Part shown: in pieces, positions 7,860 to 16,005 of the stretch | How the letters are laid out: every line of letters starts with the position of its first letter | Position numbering within the stretch: position 1 is the stretch's first letter | Assembly (NCBI GenBank): GCA_046758745.1 | Contig: JBHIAV010000050.1 | Coordinates: 1-19,233, forward strand | From: Gemmatimonadota bacterium | Lineage (GTDB): Bacteria > Gemmatimonadota > Gemmatimonadetes > Palauibacterales > Palauibacteraceae | Length of the DNA stretch: 19,233 nt | Direction of reading: 5' to 3' | Made by a program: the position numbers and the translations under genes | Notes under the pieces: model-generated | The model's input: only the letters and a program-made list of their open reading frames with translations | Told to the model about the DNA's origin: nothing | Database searches by the model: none

Positions 7860-8678
7860 TCAGCTCGTCCGGCGTTGCCCGGCTGCTTCGGCTCGCCGGG
7901 CGAGGAGGCGGCGAGCCACCTTCGGTCCTGCCTTGATGGCGTAAGCCAGTATGACGAGCCCGAAAAACCCGAAAAGCAGCCAGTTGGGGATCTCGAGCAC
8001 CGAGCCCGCCCACGCGAGCAGGAGGTAGCGCGGAAACCGCGCCGTGAGCAGGGCGGCCAGGTACTTCCACATCGGATAACGAATCGAGAAGCTCAGGAAC
8101 TTGAACGGGAAAAAGGGAACCGGCACGAAGCCGGTCGCCGTCAGGGTGAGGTACGGGTACCGCATGAACCAGCGCACCGCCGTCGCGTACCACGACTTCT
8201 CTTTGTAGCCCTGGAGGGACTTCAGGTTGAGAATCGGAACGAAGACCGTGTGGTCCATGAACCCGGCGACGAGCGTCCCGACGCTCGCCGCGGCGGCCGT
8301 CATCCACATGCTCCCGTACTTGCCGAAGTAGAGCACCACGGGCTCGTGCGGAAAGACGGAGATCGCGGCATTGGATGGGATCGCGTAGAAGGCCAGGTAC
8401 AGGTAGCTCTGCGAGCTGAAGTCGCGCAGCATAAGAACGAGCGTCACCGCGGCGGTGACGACCATGAGGGCGCCGAAGATCCATACCACGGGACTGAGGC
8501 GCTCCTCCGCCGGCGTGGCCGTTGCGAGCGCCACCCTCGAGGGCCCCGAGCGGCCAGGGATCGGGCTGGATGGCCGGACCGCCTCCGACCGCCCGGTGGC
8601 GGGGCTCTCGCCCTTCACGCCGATCTCCGCGCCGGCGGACTCCGTCCTCCGCTCCCGCGGTGCGCCCAGCTCATGCAT
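7860..8678 (-). CDS. VTT/DedA (SNARE-associated, YqaA-like) membrane protein
   Basis: Multiple hydrophobic helices, plus FPHEPVVLYFG, GFVPVPFFPFKF and ARFPRY motifs typical of the DedA/VTT superfamily. Start is uncertain (ATG 8678, or GTG 8618 with GGAG). Confidence 0.8.
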   Translation of the reverse strand: MHELGAPRERRTESAGAEIGVKGESPATGRSEAVRPSSPIPGRSGPSRVALATATPAEERLSPVVWIFGALMVVTAAVTLVLMLRDFSSQSYLYLAFYAIPSNAAISVFPHEPVVLYFGKYGSMWMTAAAASVGTLVAGFMDHTVFVPILNLKSLQGYKEKSWYATAVRWFMRYPYLTLTATGFVPVPFFPFKFLSFSIRYPMWKYLAALLTARFPRYLLLAWAGSVLEIPNWLLFGFFGLVILAYAIKAGPKVARRLLARRAEAAGQRRTS

Positions 8679-8807
8679 TCGCGAACGTTACGGCTCGCCG
8701 AGGAAGCGCGCTACCCGGAGCGATCCGCTGGCCCACCCGGCGAGGAGTCGGCTAGTTTCAAGCCGCATCCGGTCGGATCCACAGCTCCCACAGGAGGTCG
8801 CGAAGAG

Positions 8808-9059
8808 GTGAGCAGAGCCACGGTGTGTCCGGCTTGCGAGACGCCGCTGAAGCCTGGTGAGCAGACGTGCCAGAAGTGCGGCAAGCCTCTCCCGTACGAC
8901 TTCGACGAGACGGGCGTAGTGTGCACGGTGTGCGGGGCCGAGATCACCGCGTATACCGAGACCTGCCCCGCTTGCGGGGAGACGGGCTACCCCGCGCTCC
9001 GCCCCCGGAAGGGCAAGGGATTCAAGGGCTCTCCGGCGCGGGAGGCGGAGAGGGAGTGA
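8808..9059 (+). CDS. Double zinc ribbon protein (83 aa)
   Basis: AGGAGG at 8792-8797 precedes GTG 8808. Four CxxC motifs (CPAC, CQKC, CTVC, CPAC) and a basic tail. The stop overlaps the next start (GTGA). Confidence 0.85.
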   Translation: MSRATVCPACETPLKPGEQTCQKCGKPLPYDFDETGVVCTVCGAEITAYTETCPACGETGYPALRPRKGKGFKGSPAREAERE

Positions 9060-9922
9060 GCAAACCGACGGGGCCGCCGACCCGGACAGGCCGGACCGGA
9101 CCGAACGCAACCGCCCGCACGACGGGCCCCGCCGCCGGCGAGGCCATTCTCGGTCGCTTCGTCGTGGTCCTGCACGAGACCCGCGACATCGTCAACATCG
9201 CGCTGGTCGTGCGAGCGATGAAGAACATGGGCCTTCGTCGGCTCCGCCTCGTCTCTCCGGCCGAGTTCGACCCGTACCGAGTCGAGGGGATCGCCCACGA
9301 CACGGAGGAGATCGTGGCCGAAGCCGGGATCTTCGACACGCTCGACGAGGCGCTCGCCGACGTGGCGCACGTGGCGTGCACGACGGCCCGTCGGCGCGCC
9401 AGCCGGCAGGCCTGGAGCACCCCGGCCGAGGCGGCCCGGCTCCTCGTCCGCGAGACCGGCGGCGGCGATGTGGCGCTGGTATTCGGCCGGGAGGACCGAG
9501 GCCTCCCGAACAGCGCGCTCGACCGCTGCCACCGGGCGATCTGCATCCCGACCGCCCCATCCCACGCTTCGCTGAACCTCTCGCACGCCGCCATCCTCCT
9601 CTTCTACGAGGTGCGACGGGCCGTGGAGGAGGAGCACGGACTTGTCGGGCGGGATCTCTCGCCCAAGCGCCGCGACCGATCACCGCCCGTCACGGCGGCC
9701 GATCTCGAGGCGTTCTACCCGGTGTGGGAGGAGGCGATGGAGACGGTGGGGTTGTTCGGGGGAGTCGATGCCGAGTCGAAGATGCGCACCTTCCGCCACG
9801 TCTTCCAGCGCGCCGGGCTCGACCGGCGAGAGCTCCGTCTCCTCACGGCGGCGGCGTACGAGATCGTGCACTATGCCCGCCGGCTCTCCGCGCGGCTGGA
9901 GGGAGAGGCGGCCGAGGAGTAG
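9056..9922 (+). CDS. trmJ: TrmJ/LasT family SPOUT RNA methyltransferase (tRNA 32 2'-O-methyltransferase-like)
   Basis: VVVLHE...NIALVVRAMKNMGLRRLRLVSP, TTARRR, VALVFGREDRGL and SLNLSHA motifs. GTG start overlaps the upstream TGA. Confidence 0.88.
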   Translation: MSKPTGPPTRTGRTGPNATARTTGPAAGEAILGRFVVVLHETRDIVNIALVVRAMKNMGLRRLRLVSPAEFDPYRVEGIAHDTEEIVAEAGIFDTLDEALADVAHVACTTARRRASRQAWSTPAEAARLLVRETGGGDVALVFGREDRGLPNSALDRCHRAICIPTAPSHASLNLSHAAILLFYEVRRAVEEEHGLVGRDLSPKRRDRSPPVTAADLEAFYPVWEEAMETVGLFGGVDAESKMRTFRHVFQRAGLDRRELRLLTAAAYEIVHYARRLSARLEGEAAEE

Positions 9923-9949
9923 GCACCTCCGCGCGCTGCGCGGCGTTCC

Positions 9950-12100
9950 CTACTTTTCGGCCGCGGCCCGGGCGGCGGGGGAGTAGAACCGCTCGCAGTA
10001 CTCCCTCACCATCCGCCGGGCCGAGAACCGCACCCCACCGGTCCGGATCGCCTGCTTCATCGTGCGTACCCAGCCGCGCGGGATACCGTCCGCGTCCTGC
10101 CGGTAGTACAGCTCCCGCACCTCCTCCTCGAGAATCCGGTAGAGCGACTCGGCATCCGCCTCGTCGCGCGCCTCGGGATCGGGGTCCTCCGCCACCGATG
10201 TATCGGTCCCCACCGCCCACCCGTTCCGCCGTGTGAAGCCTTCGGCCCACCAGCCGTCGAGCGTGGAGAGGTGGGGTACGCCGTTGACGGCCGCCTTCTG
10301 CCCGCTCGTTCCGCTGGCCTCCATGGGCGGGCGCGGCAGGTTCACCCACACATCCACCCCTGCCACGAGCTCCTTCGCCACGTGCATCTCGTAGTCCTCG
10401 ACGAACGCGATCCGTCCCCCGAACTGCGGGTCGCTCGCCGCCCGATAGATCTCGGAGATGAGTCGCCGCCCCGGCTCATCGGCCGGGTGCGCCTTGCCGG
10501 CGAAGATGATCTGGACCGGCTTCCACGGGTCGAGGAGAAGGCTGCGCAGCCGCTCGGGATCTCGAAACAGGAGAGCGGCTCGCTTGTACGTGGCGAAGCG
10601 CCTTGCGAAGCCGAGCGTGAGGGCCTCCGGATCGAGAAGCGTCCCCGAAGCGACGACCTGCCTGGCTTCGGACCTCCTGTCCATCCATCGGCTCGAGGCG
10701 CGCTCTCGCAGGACCGCGAAGAGGCGGCGCTTGCAGGCGGCGTGCGCCGTCCATACGGCCTCGTCGGGCAGGTCCAGCGCGCGTTCCCACAGAGCCGCAT
10801 CGGCCTGCCGCAGCTCCCACTTCGGCCCCAGATAGCGGTCGAACAGCTCCCGGAACTCGGGGGCGACCCAGGTTGGAAGGTGGACGCCGTTCGTCACGTG
10901 GCCGATCGGCACCTCGGCCTCCTCACGGTCCGGCCACAGGCCGGCCCACATCCGCCGCGCCACCTCGCCGTGGCGCTCGCTCACACCGTTACGGTAGTCG
11001 GAGAGGCGCAGCGCGAGGGCCGTCATGTGAAACCGGCCGTCGTCGCAAGGGTGGCTTCCGAGGGCGTAGAACCCCGCTCTGTCGAGCCCCAGCTCGGGCC
11101 AGAAGGAGGAAAAGTAGTGGTCGATGCACTCGGCGGGGAAGGCGTCGTGGCCGGCCGGTACGGGTGTGTGAGTGGTGAACACGGTGGTCGCCGCGACCCG
11201 CCGACGCGCCTCCTCGAACGAGAAGCCCGAGCGAACCCACTCCCGCAGGCGCTCGAGGAGGAGGAAGGCGGCGTGCCCCTCGTTGGCGTGCCACACGACC
11301 GGCGCGTGGCCCAGGGCCCGCAGCACGCGCACTCCCCCGATACCGAGGACGATCTCCTGCCGGAGCCGGATCTCCAGATCCCCCCCGTACAGCTGGTGGG
11401 AGAGGAATCGGTCGGCGGGATCGTTCTGCTCGATGTCTGTGTCCAGCAGGTATATGGACGTGTGACCGAGCCGCAGCCGCCATACGCGGATGTGAACCAG
11501 CCGGCTGTCGAGCTGGACGTTCGCACGCACGCCGTCGTCTCCATCACCGTGCCCGACCAGCTCGATCGGCATGCTCGCCGCATCGAAGGGCTCTTCCACC
11601 GCGTACTGCTCGCCTTCCGTCCCGATGCGCTGCCGGAAGTATCCCTTCTGGTACAGGAGGCCGCAGCCGATCAGAGGCATCCCGAGGTCGGTCGCCTCCT
11701 TGAAGTGGTCGCCGGCGAGGATCCCGAGCCCGCCCGAATAGATCGGGATCGAGGCGTGCACGCCGAACTCGGCGCAGAAGTAGCCGATCTCGGCCTGCGC
11801 GATCTCCGAGTGCCGCTCCCTGTACCAGCTCCGCCGGTCGGAGAGGACGGCCTCGAGCTCCGCCATGATCGCGTCGTACTCGCGGAGGAAGAGGGGGTCG
11901 CGGGCTGCCGCCTGTAGCTTCTCCGGCTCGACGCGGCGGAGCATGGCGACCGCGTTGTGGTTGGTCATTCGCCACAGGGGGTAGTCCAGCCGACGGAAGA
12001 GGGCTCGCGCGGCGGGCTGCCAGGTCCACCACAGGTTCATGGCGAGATCCAGCAGCCCCCCGATCCGCTCCGGGATGGCGGTGGTGGGATCGTCCCTCAC
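9950..12100 (-). CDS. glgP: Alpha-glucan (glycogen/maltodextrin) phosphorylase
   Basis: YFCAEFG, YSGGLGILAGDH, NEGH, FTTHTPVPAGHD, VTNGVH, GFARRFATYKRA, FAGKAHP and EASGTSGQKA (PLP Lys) motifs. Confidence 0.96.
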   Translation of the reverse strand: MRDDPTTAIPERIGGLLDLAMNLWWTWQPAARALFRRLDYPLWRMTNHNAVAMLRRVEPEKLQAAARDPLFLREYDAIMAELEAVLSDRRSWYRERHSEIAQAEIGYFCAEFGVHASIPIYSGGLGILAGDHFKEATDLGMPLIGCGLLYQKGYFRQRIGTEGEQYAVEEPFDAASMPIELVGHGDGDDGVRANVQLDSRLVHIRVWRLRLGHTSIYLLDTDIEQNDPADRFLSHQLYGGDLEIRLRQEIVLGIGGVRVLRALGHAPVVWHANEGHAAFLLLERLREWVRSGFSFEEARRRVAATTVFTTHTPVPAGHDAFPAECIDHYFSSFWPELGLDRAGFYALGSHPCDDGRFHMTALALRLSDYRNGVSERHGEVARRMWAGLWPDREEAEVPIGHVTNGVHLPTWVAPEFRELFDRYLGPKWELRQADAALWERALDLPDEAVWTAHAACKRRLFAVLRERASSRWMDRRSEARQVVASGTLLDPEALTLGFARRFATYKRAALLFRDPERLRSLLLDPWKPVQIIFAGKAHPADEPGRRLISEIYRAASDPQFGGRIAFVEDYEMHVAKELVAGVDVWVNLPRPPMEASGTSGQKAAVNGVPHLSTLDGWWAEGFTRRNGWAVGTDTSVAEDPDPEARDEADAESLYRILEEEVRELYYRQDADGIPRGWVRTMKQAIRTGGVRFSARRMVREYCERFYSPAARAAAEK

Positions 12101-12185
12101 CCGTGGGTCTCGACGCTCCGGTTCACTTGACAGCGGAGGGCGTGAGAATCGGTCGGTCGGGAGCGCCGCCGGCCCGATCCCGCCC

Positions 12186-13328
12186 TCAGATCTTGGCCGC
12201 CACTTTTTCCAGGAGCTTGGCGTTCGAGGCGGTTCGGCGCATGAGGCCGAGCACCTCCGACATCGCCTCCACGGGCGACATGCTGCTCAGCTCGCGCCGC
12301 ATGGCATGCGAGCAGGCGAGCGCCGCGTCCGAGAGAATCAGCTCCTCGCGCCGCGTGGAGCTCGCGTTGAGATCGATGGCCGGCCAGACGCGCCGCTCCG
12401 CGAGCTCACGGCTGAGCACGAGCTCGCTGTTCCCGGTCCCCTTGAACTCCTCGAAGATCACCTGGTCCATGCGCGACCCGGTGTCCACGAGGGCCGTCGA
12501 GATGATGGTGAGCGATCCGCCCCCCTGTCCCGGGTCGATTCGCCGCGCGCTGCCGAGGAACCGTTTGGGCTTCTCGAGGGAGTTCGCGTCCAGGCCGCCG
12601 GTGAGCGTACGGCCGCTTCCCTCCTCCACGGTGTTGTAAGCGCGGGCGAGGCGAGTGATCGAGTCCAGGATGAGCACCACGTCCTCCCCCATCTCGACGC
12701 GGCGGCGGGCGCGCTCGAGAGTGATCTCGGCCACCGCAACATGGCGGTCGGCCGGGAAGTCGAAGCTCGAGGCGATCACCTCCCCGAAGCCGCATATCTC
12801 CATCTCGGTCACCTCCTCCGGTCGCTCGTCCACCAGGAGGATCAGCAGGATCGCGTCCGGATAGTTCTTCACGATCCCCTCGGCGATCGCCTGCAGCACC
12901 ATCGTCTTCCCGACCTTGGCCGGCGAGACGATCATGGCGCGCTGTCCTTTCCCGAGCGGGCAGAAGAGGTCGATCAGCCGGTTGGTGGGATCACGCTCGC
13001 CGAGGCGGGTGAGACCGCACTCGAGCACGAGCTGCTCGTTCGGATGCACGGCCGAGAGGCGATGAAAGTGCGGGCGGCGCTCTAGGGACTCGACCGGAAC
13101 CCCGTTCACGGCATGGAGCCGGGTGAGCGGAGGGCTCTTCCCGTTGCCGGGCGCCTTCCCCACAGTGCCCGCGATCTCGTCTCCCGTGCGGAGATCGAAC
13201 TTCTGGATCAGGCGCTGGCCGACGTAGATGTCGCCGTCCCCGGGGATGTAGCCGGATTCGCGCCGCCGGATGAACCCCGAGCCGCTCCCCAGCACTTCGA
13301 GGAGGCCGAGAGATGCTTCGTTCGTCAC
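12186..13328 (-). CDS. rho: Transcription termination factor Rho, short form lacking the N-terminal helical bundle (380 aa)
   Basis: OB fold (GLLEVL..GSGFIR, DIYV, LRTGD), Walker A SPAKVGKT, LLVDERPEEVT, LDSITRLARAYN, GRTLTGG, TGSRMDQVIFEEFKGTGNSEL and STRREE. Confidence 0.93.
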   Translation of the reverse strand: MTNEASLGLLEVLGSGSGFIRRRESGYIPGDGDIYVGQRLIQKFDLRTGDEIAGTVGKAPGNGKSPPLTRLHAVNGVPVESLERRPHFHRLSAVHPNEQLVLECGLTRLGERDPTNRLIDLFCPLGKGQRAMIVSPAKVGKTMVLQAIAEGIVKNYPDAILLILLVDERPEEVTEMEICGFGEVIASSFDFPADRHVAVAEITLERARRRVEMGEDVVLILDSITRLARAYNTVEEGSGRTLTGGLDANSLEKPKRFLGSARRIDPGQGGGSLTIISTALVDTGSRMDQVIFEEFKGTGNSELVLSRELAERRVWPAIDLNASSTRREELILSDAALACSHAMRRELSSMSPVEAMSEVLGLMRRTASNAKLLEKVAAKI

Positions 13329-13462
13329 GGTTCCATCACATTCAGCGGGTGGGTCGGTTGGTTGTCTGGATGCCGAGCCAGGTCCGAGTCGTCACGGACG
13401 CCGCAGGAGCAGAACCCTATGGACCGGTCCGATGTCTCGGAACGGTGGGGAGAGATCCGGCC

Positions 13463-13515
13463 GTGCCTCGAACCCTTCCCCCTCGGCGATTTGTCCGCCG
13501 CGGGGTGCCTCGAAC
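13463..13515. repeat. 11-bp direct repeat GTGCCTCGAAC x2 flanking a GC hairpin, upstream of rho
   Basis: Exact copies at 13463-13473 and 13505-13515 (42-bp period). Hairpin 13479-13488/13496-13505 lies between them. Confidence 0.7.
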
Positions 13516-13784
13516 TGATCTTCTAACTCCCGGAGCTCTCCAAAGGTTCCGTTTGCGTAGAGGGCCGCCGCGTCCGCCGCGAGTCCGCCCATCCTGCAAC
13601 CCATCTGCAATCCGTGCGCCCGAGGGCACCGTGGAAGTGCCGCCGGCCCGGGAATCGAGCCTCTACCTCGACGGAGTCCCCCGGCCGGTCGAGATCGACG
13701 GCAGAGGACACTACACAGACAGCGTCGGACGGCGAGCGAGACAGCGTGTGGCAGGAAAAAAGTTGCACATTGAGCGGTCGCGGT

Positions 13785-13850
13785 CAAGTGCGGCCGCCTG
13801 CCTGCTCTCAGCAGGTGTGGCTGCCTGCCTGCTCTCGGCAAGTGCGTGCT
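13785..13850. repeat. 27-bp tandem repeat, about 2.4 copies
   Basis: CAAGTGCGGCCGCCTGCCTGCTCTCAG (13785-13811), CAGGTGTGGCTGCCTGCCTGCTCTCGG (13812-13838; 23/27 identical), and partial CAAGTGCG from 13839. Confidence 0.85.
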
Positions 13851-13907
13851 TCGCATGTCCACCGCGCGGGAGCCGCGAAGATGGCGCTCGCGCGAAGCGG
13901 CTCGGTC

Positions 13908-14747
13908 TCATCCGACGCGAGCCCGCACGGGCAGCGCTCTGCGCGCGAGCCACACCGCCACCAGCAGGAGGCCGAAGACGCACACCACGAGGGGACCGGT
14001 CGGCAGATCGAAGGTGAACGAGAGACCGAGCCCCGCCGCGGAGGCTACCGCCGAGACGGCCCAGCTGATCCCGATCAGACCTGCAGTCGAGCGAGTGAAG
14101 AGGAAGGCGACCACGGCGGGAACGACGAGGAAGGTGAACACGAGCAGCACGCCCGCAAGCGGCACGGCCAGCGTGATGACCACGCCGAACGACAAATAGA
14201 AGAGGAAATCCCACCACCGGATCTTCCAGCCGCCCTCCTCCGCCCTCTCTTCATGCAGCGAGATCGTGAGGAACCTATCCCGGAGCTTCCACTGGAAGAC
14301 GCCCACAACCGCGTACACCGCGGCGACCTTCGCGATCGTCCCCCAGTTCACCCACAGCAGGCTTCCCACCAGCACCTCGTGGATCGCCTCACCCCCGCCC
14401 GGCGTGCGGTCGGCCACCAGGATCGCCGCGGCCGTGGCCACGATGTACACGATCCCGATGATCGCCTCCTGCGGCACGCGCTGGCTCCCCCGGCGCTCAC
14501 GGGTGAAAGCGAAGACCAGCGCTCCGAGGGTCGTGAAGCCGAGGGCGAAGGCGTAGGCGAGGGGCGAGTCCCCGCCGACGTGGAAGAGGAGAGCGATCGT
14601 GCTCCCGAGCGCCGCCATCTGTGCCAGTGCCAGATCCACGAAGATCACGCCCCGCGCGATGACGTGTACACCCAGGTAGGCGAGCATCGCCACCAGCACC
14701 ATGGAGGCGACGAAGGGGGCGACCATCAGCTGCAACAGATCGGACAT
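13908..14747 (-). CDS. Metal ABC transporter permease (ZnuB/ABC-3-like)
   Basis: Highly hydrophobic, 279 aa. Motifs YLGVHVIARGVIFVDLALAQMAALG, EAIIGIVY, GVLLVFTFLVVPA and DLPTGP. GGAG RBS. Confidence 0.9.
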   Translation of the reverse strand: MSDLLQLMVAPFVASMVLVAMLAYLGVHVIARGVIFVDLALAQMAALGSTIALLFHVGGDSPLAYAFALGFTTLGALVFAFTRERRGSQRVPQEAIIGIVYIVATAAAILVADRTPGGGEAIHEVLVGSLLWVNWGTIAKVAAVYAVVGVFQWKLRDRFLTISLHEERAEEGGWKIRWWDFLFYLSFGVVITLAVPLAGVLLVFTFLVVPAVVAFLFTRSTAGLIGISWAVSAVASAAGLGLSFTFDLPTGPLVVCVFGLLLVAVWLARRALPVRARVG

Positions 14748-14860
14748 GTGTTCGACTCCGCTGACTCAGAGGTGGCCCGCCGTGCGGCGTTCGCGCTGTG
14801 CCACGCGGGCTGACGCGCTCGCCTCCCCTTCCCCGGTCGGGCGGAGCGTCGCGCCGGCCA

Positions 14861-15988
14861 TCAGCCGGTGGCGTAGGCGGCGGCGAGCTCCCGTATCCAC
14901 AGGCCCACCAGATCCGTGTAGGTCTTTGTTCCCGGCGCCCCATCCGTGTTGGAGGGAACGATCACCGGCGTAGCTCCCGTGCGCGCGGCCACGGACTGTA
15001 CCTGATTGTGGTCGTAGTAGTTGGTGGAGAAGAGTACCCGGATCCCCTCATCCTGCATGAGCCGGATGACCCGCGCTACATGTTGGGGCGTCGGCGGGAT
15101 GCCCGGTTTCGGCTCTACGTACTCGACGCACGACACGTCGAAAGCCCGGTTCAGGTAGTCCCATTCCTTGTGGTAGCACACCATCCGCTCACCGCGGAAC
15201 GCCTCCGCCTGCTTCAGCCACCCACCCAGCCGTTGGGACAGCGGCCGCCCTTGATAACTCTGGGTGGAGACGAACTCGAGCAGACGGTACTCTCTCGCGA
15301 GGTTGAATACCGCATCCACCCCGAGCAGCTCCACCAGCTCGTCCCCCGCGAAGGCCCGCATGATCCGCTCCTTCCAGGCGGCGAAGCGTCGCTCGAAGTA
15401 AGAGGCGTTTTCAGGCGAGACGCGCTTCAGGCCGGCCAGGATGTTCTGCCCTATCTGAACCGCGTTGGCGGGGGCGGTCCAGATGTGGGGGTTTCCGAAC
15501 AGGTGAATGTCGCCCTGGGACCGGCTGACGGACTCCGGGATATCGAGAAGCTTGATGCCTCTGTAGGCGGTCACATGACCCGGATTCCCCGGCCGGATCT
15601 TCTGGTTGTTCGCCTTGTCGAGGAGCGTCGGGACCCACAGCTCCAGGTCCAGGCCCGTCACCACGAACAGGTCGGCGCGCCGGAGCTTGAGCAGCAGGCT
15701 CGGGCGCGGAGTCACGAAATGCGGGTTCTCCGCGCCGTCGGCGATGGCAGAGACCTCGGCGCGGTCGCCAGCGATCTCACGCGCGATCGCGGCGTACGTG
15801 GTGAGGGAAGTCACGACGCGTACGGCGGCTTGCCCGTCCCCTTCGGAGGGGGCCGCGGCGGCCGACACGCTGCTCGCGGTCGCCGAGGCGACCGAAGTCT
15901 CCGACTCTGCAGGGGGGACGGCCCCCGCGAAGGCCGGCGCGACGGCTCCGGAGAAGGCGGTGAGGAGGACGGCGATATCGCGAAACAT
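14861..15988 (-). CDS. Metal ABC transporter substrate-binding protein (ZnuA/TroA family)
   Basis: Signal peptide from ATG 15988. Motifs VVTSLT, ENPHFV, GLDLELW, GDIHLFGNPHIW, YHKEWDY and EPKPGIPPTPQH. Confidence 0.92.
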   Translation of the reverse strand: MFRDIAVLLTAFSGAVAPAFAGAVPPAESETSVASATASSVSAAAAPSEGDGQAAVRVVTSLTTYAAIAREIAGDRAEVSAIADGAENPHFVTPRPSLLLKLRRADLFVVTGLDLELWVPTLLDKANNQKIRPGNPGHVTAYRGIKLLDIPESVSRSQGDIHLFGNPHIWTAPANAVQIGQNILAGLKRVSPENASYFERRFAAWKERIMRAFAGDELVELLGVDAVFNLAREYRLLEFVSTQSYQGRPLSQRLGGWLKQAEAFRGERMVCYHKEWDYLNRAFDVSCVEYVEPKPGIPPTPQHVARVIRLMQDEGIRVLFSTNYYDHNQVQSVAARTGATPVIVPSNTDGAPGTKTYTDLVGLWIRELAAAYATG

Positions 15989-16005
15989 ATCAGATAGCTC
16001 TCTGT

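Noticed and set aside
7837-8484. N-terminal extension making the radical SAM 550 aa
   Set aside because: Overlaps the VTT gene in another frame; good RBS at ATG 7836. The same reasoning applies to the ORF-track extensions of trmJ, the SBP and the ADH.
12128-12150. TTGACA...GAGAAT possible promoter antisense to rho
   Set aside because: Spacer is only 11 nt.
10271-13085. 548-aa and 348-aa plus-strand ORFs
   Set aside because: Antisense shadows of glgP and rho.
13785-13850. CRISPR array
   Set aside because: Contiguous repeats with no unique spacers and no cas genes.
13392-13862. 156-aa ORF in frame with rho across a TGA (possible readthrough supplying the missing N-terminus)
   Set aside because: Translation shows no resemblance to the Rho N-terminal domain, has no RBS, and runs through the tandem repeat.
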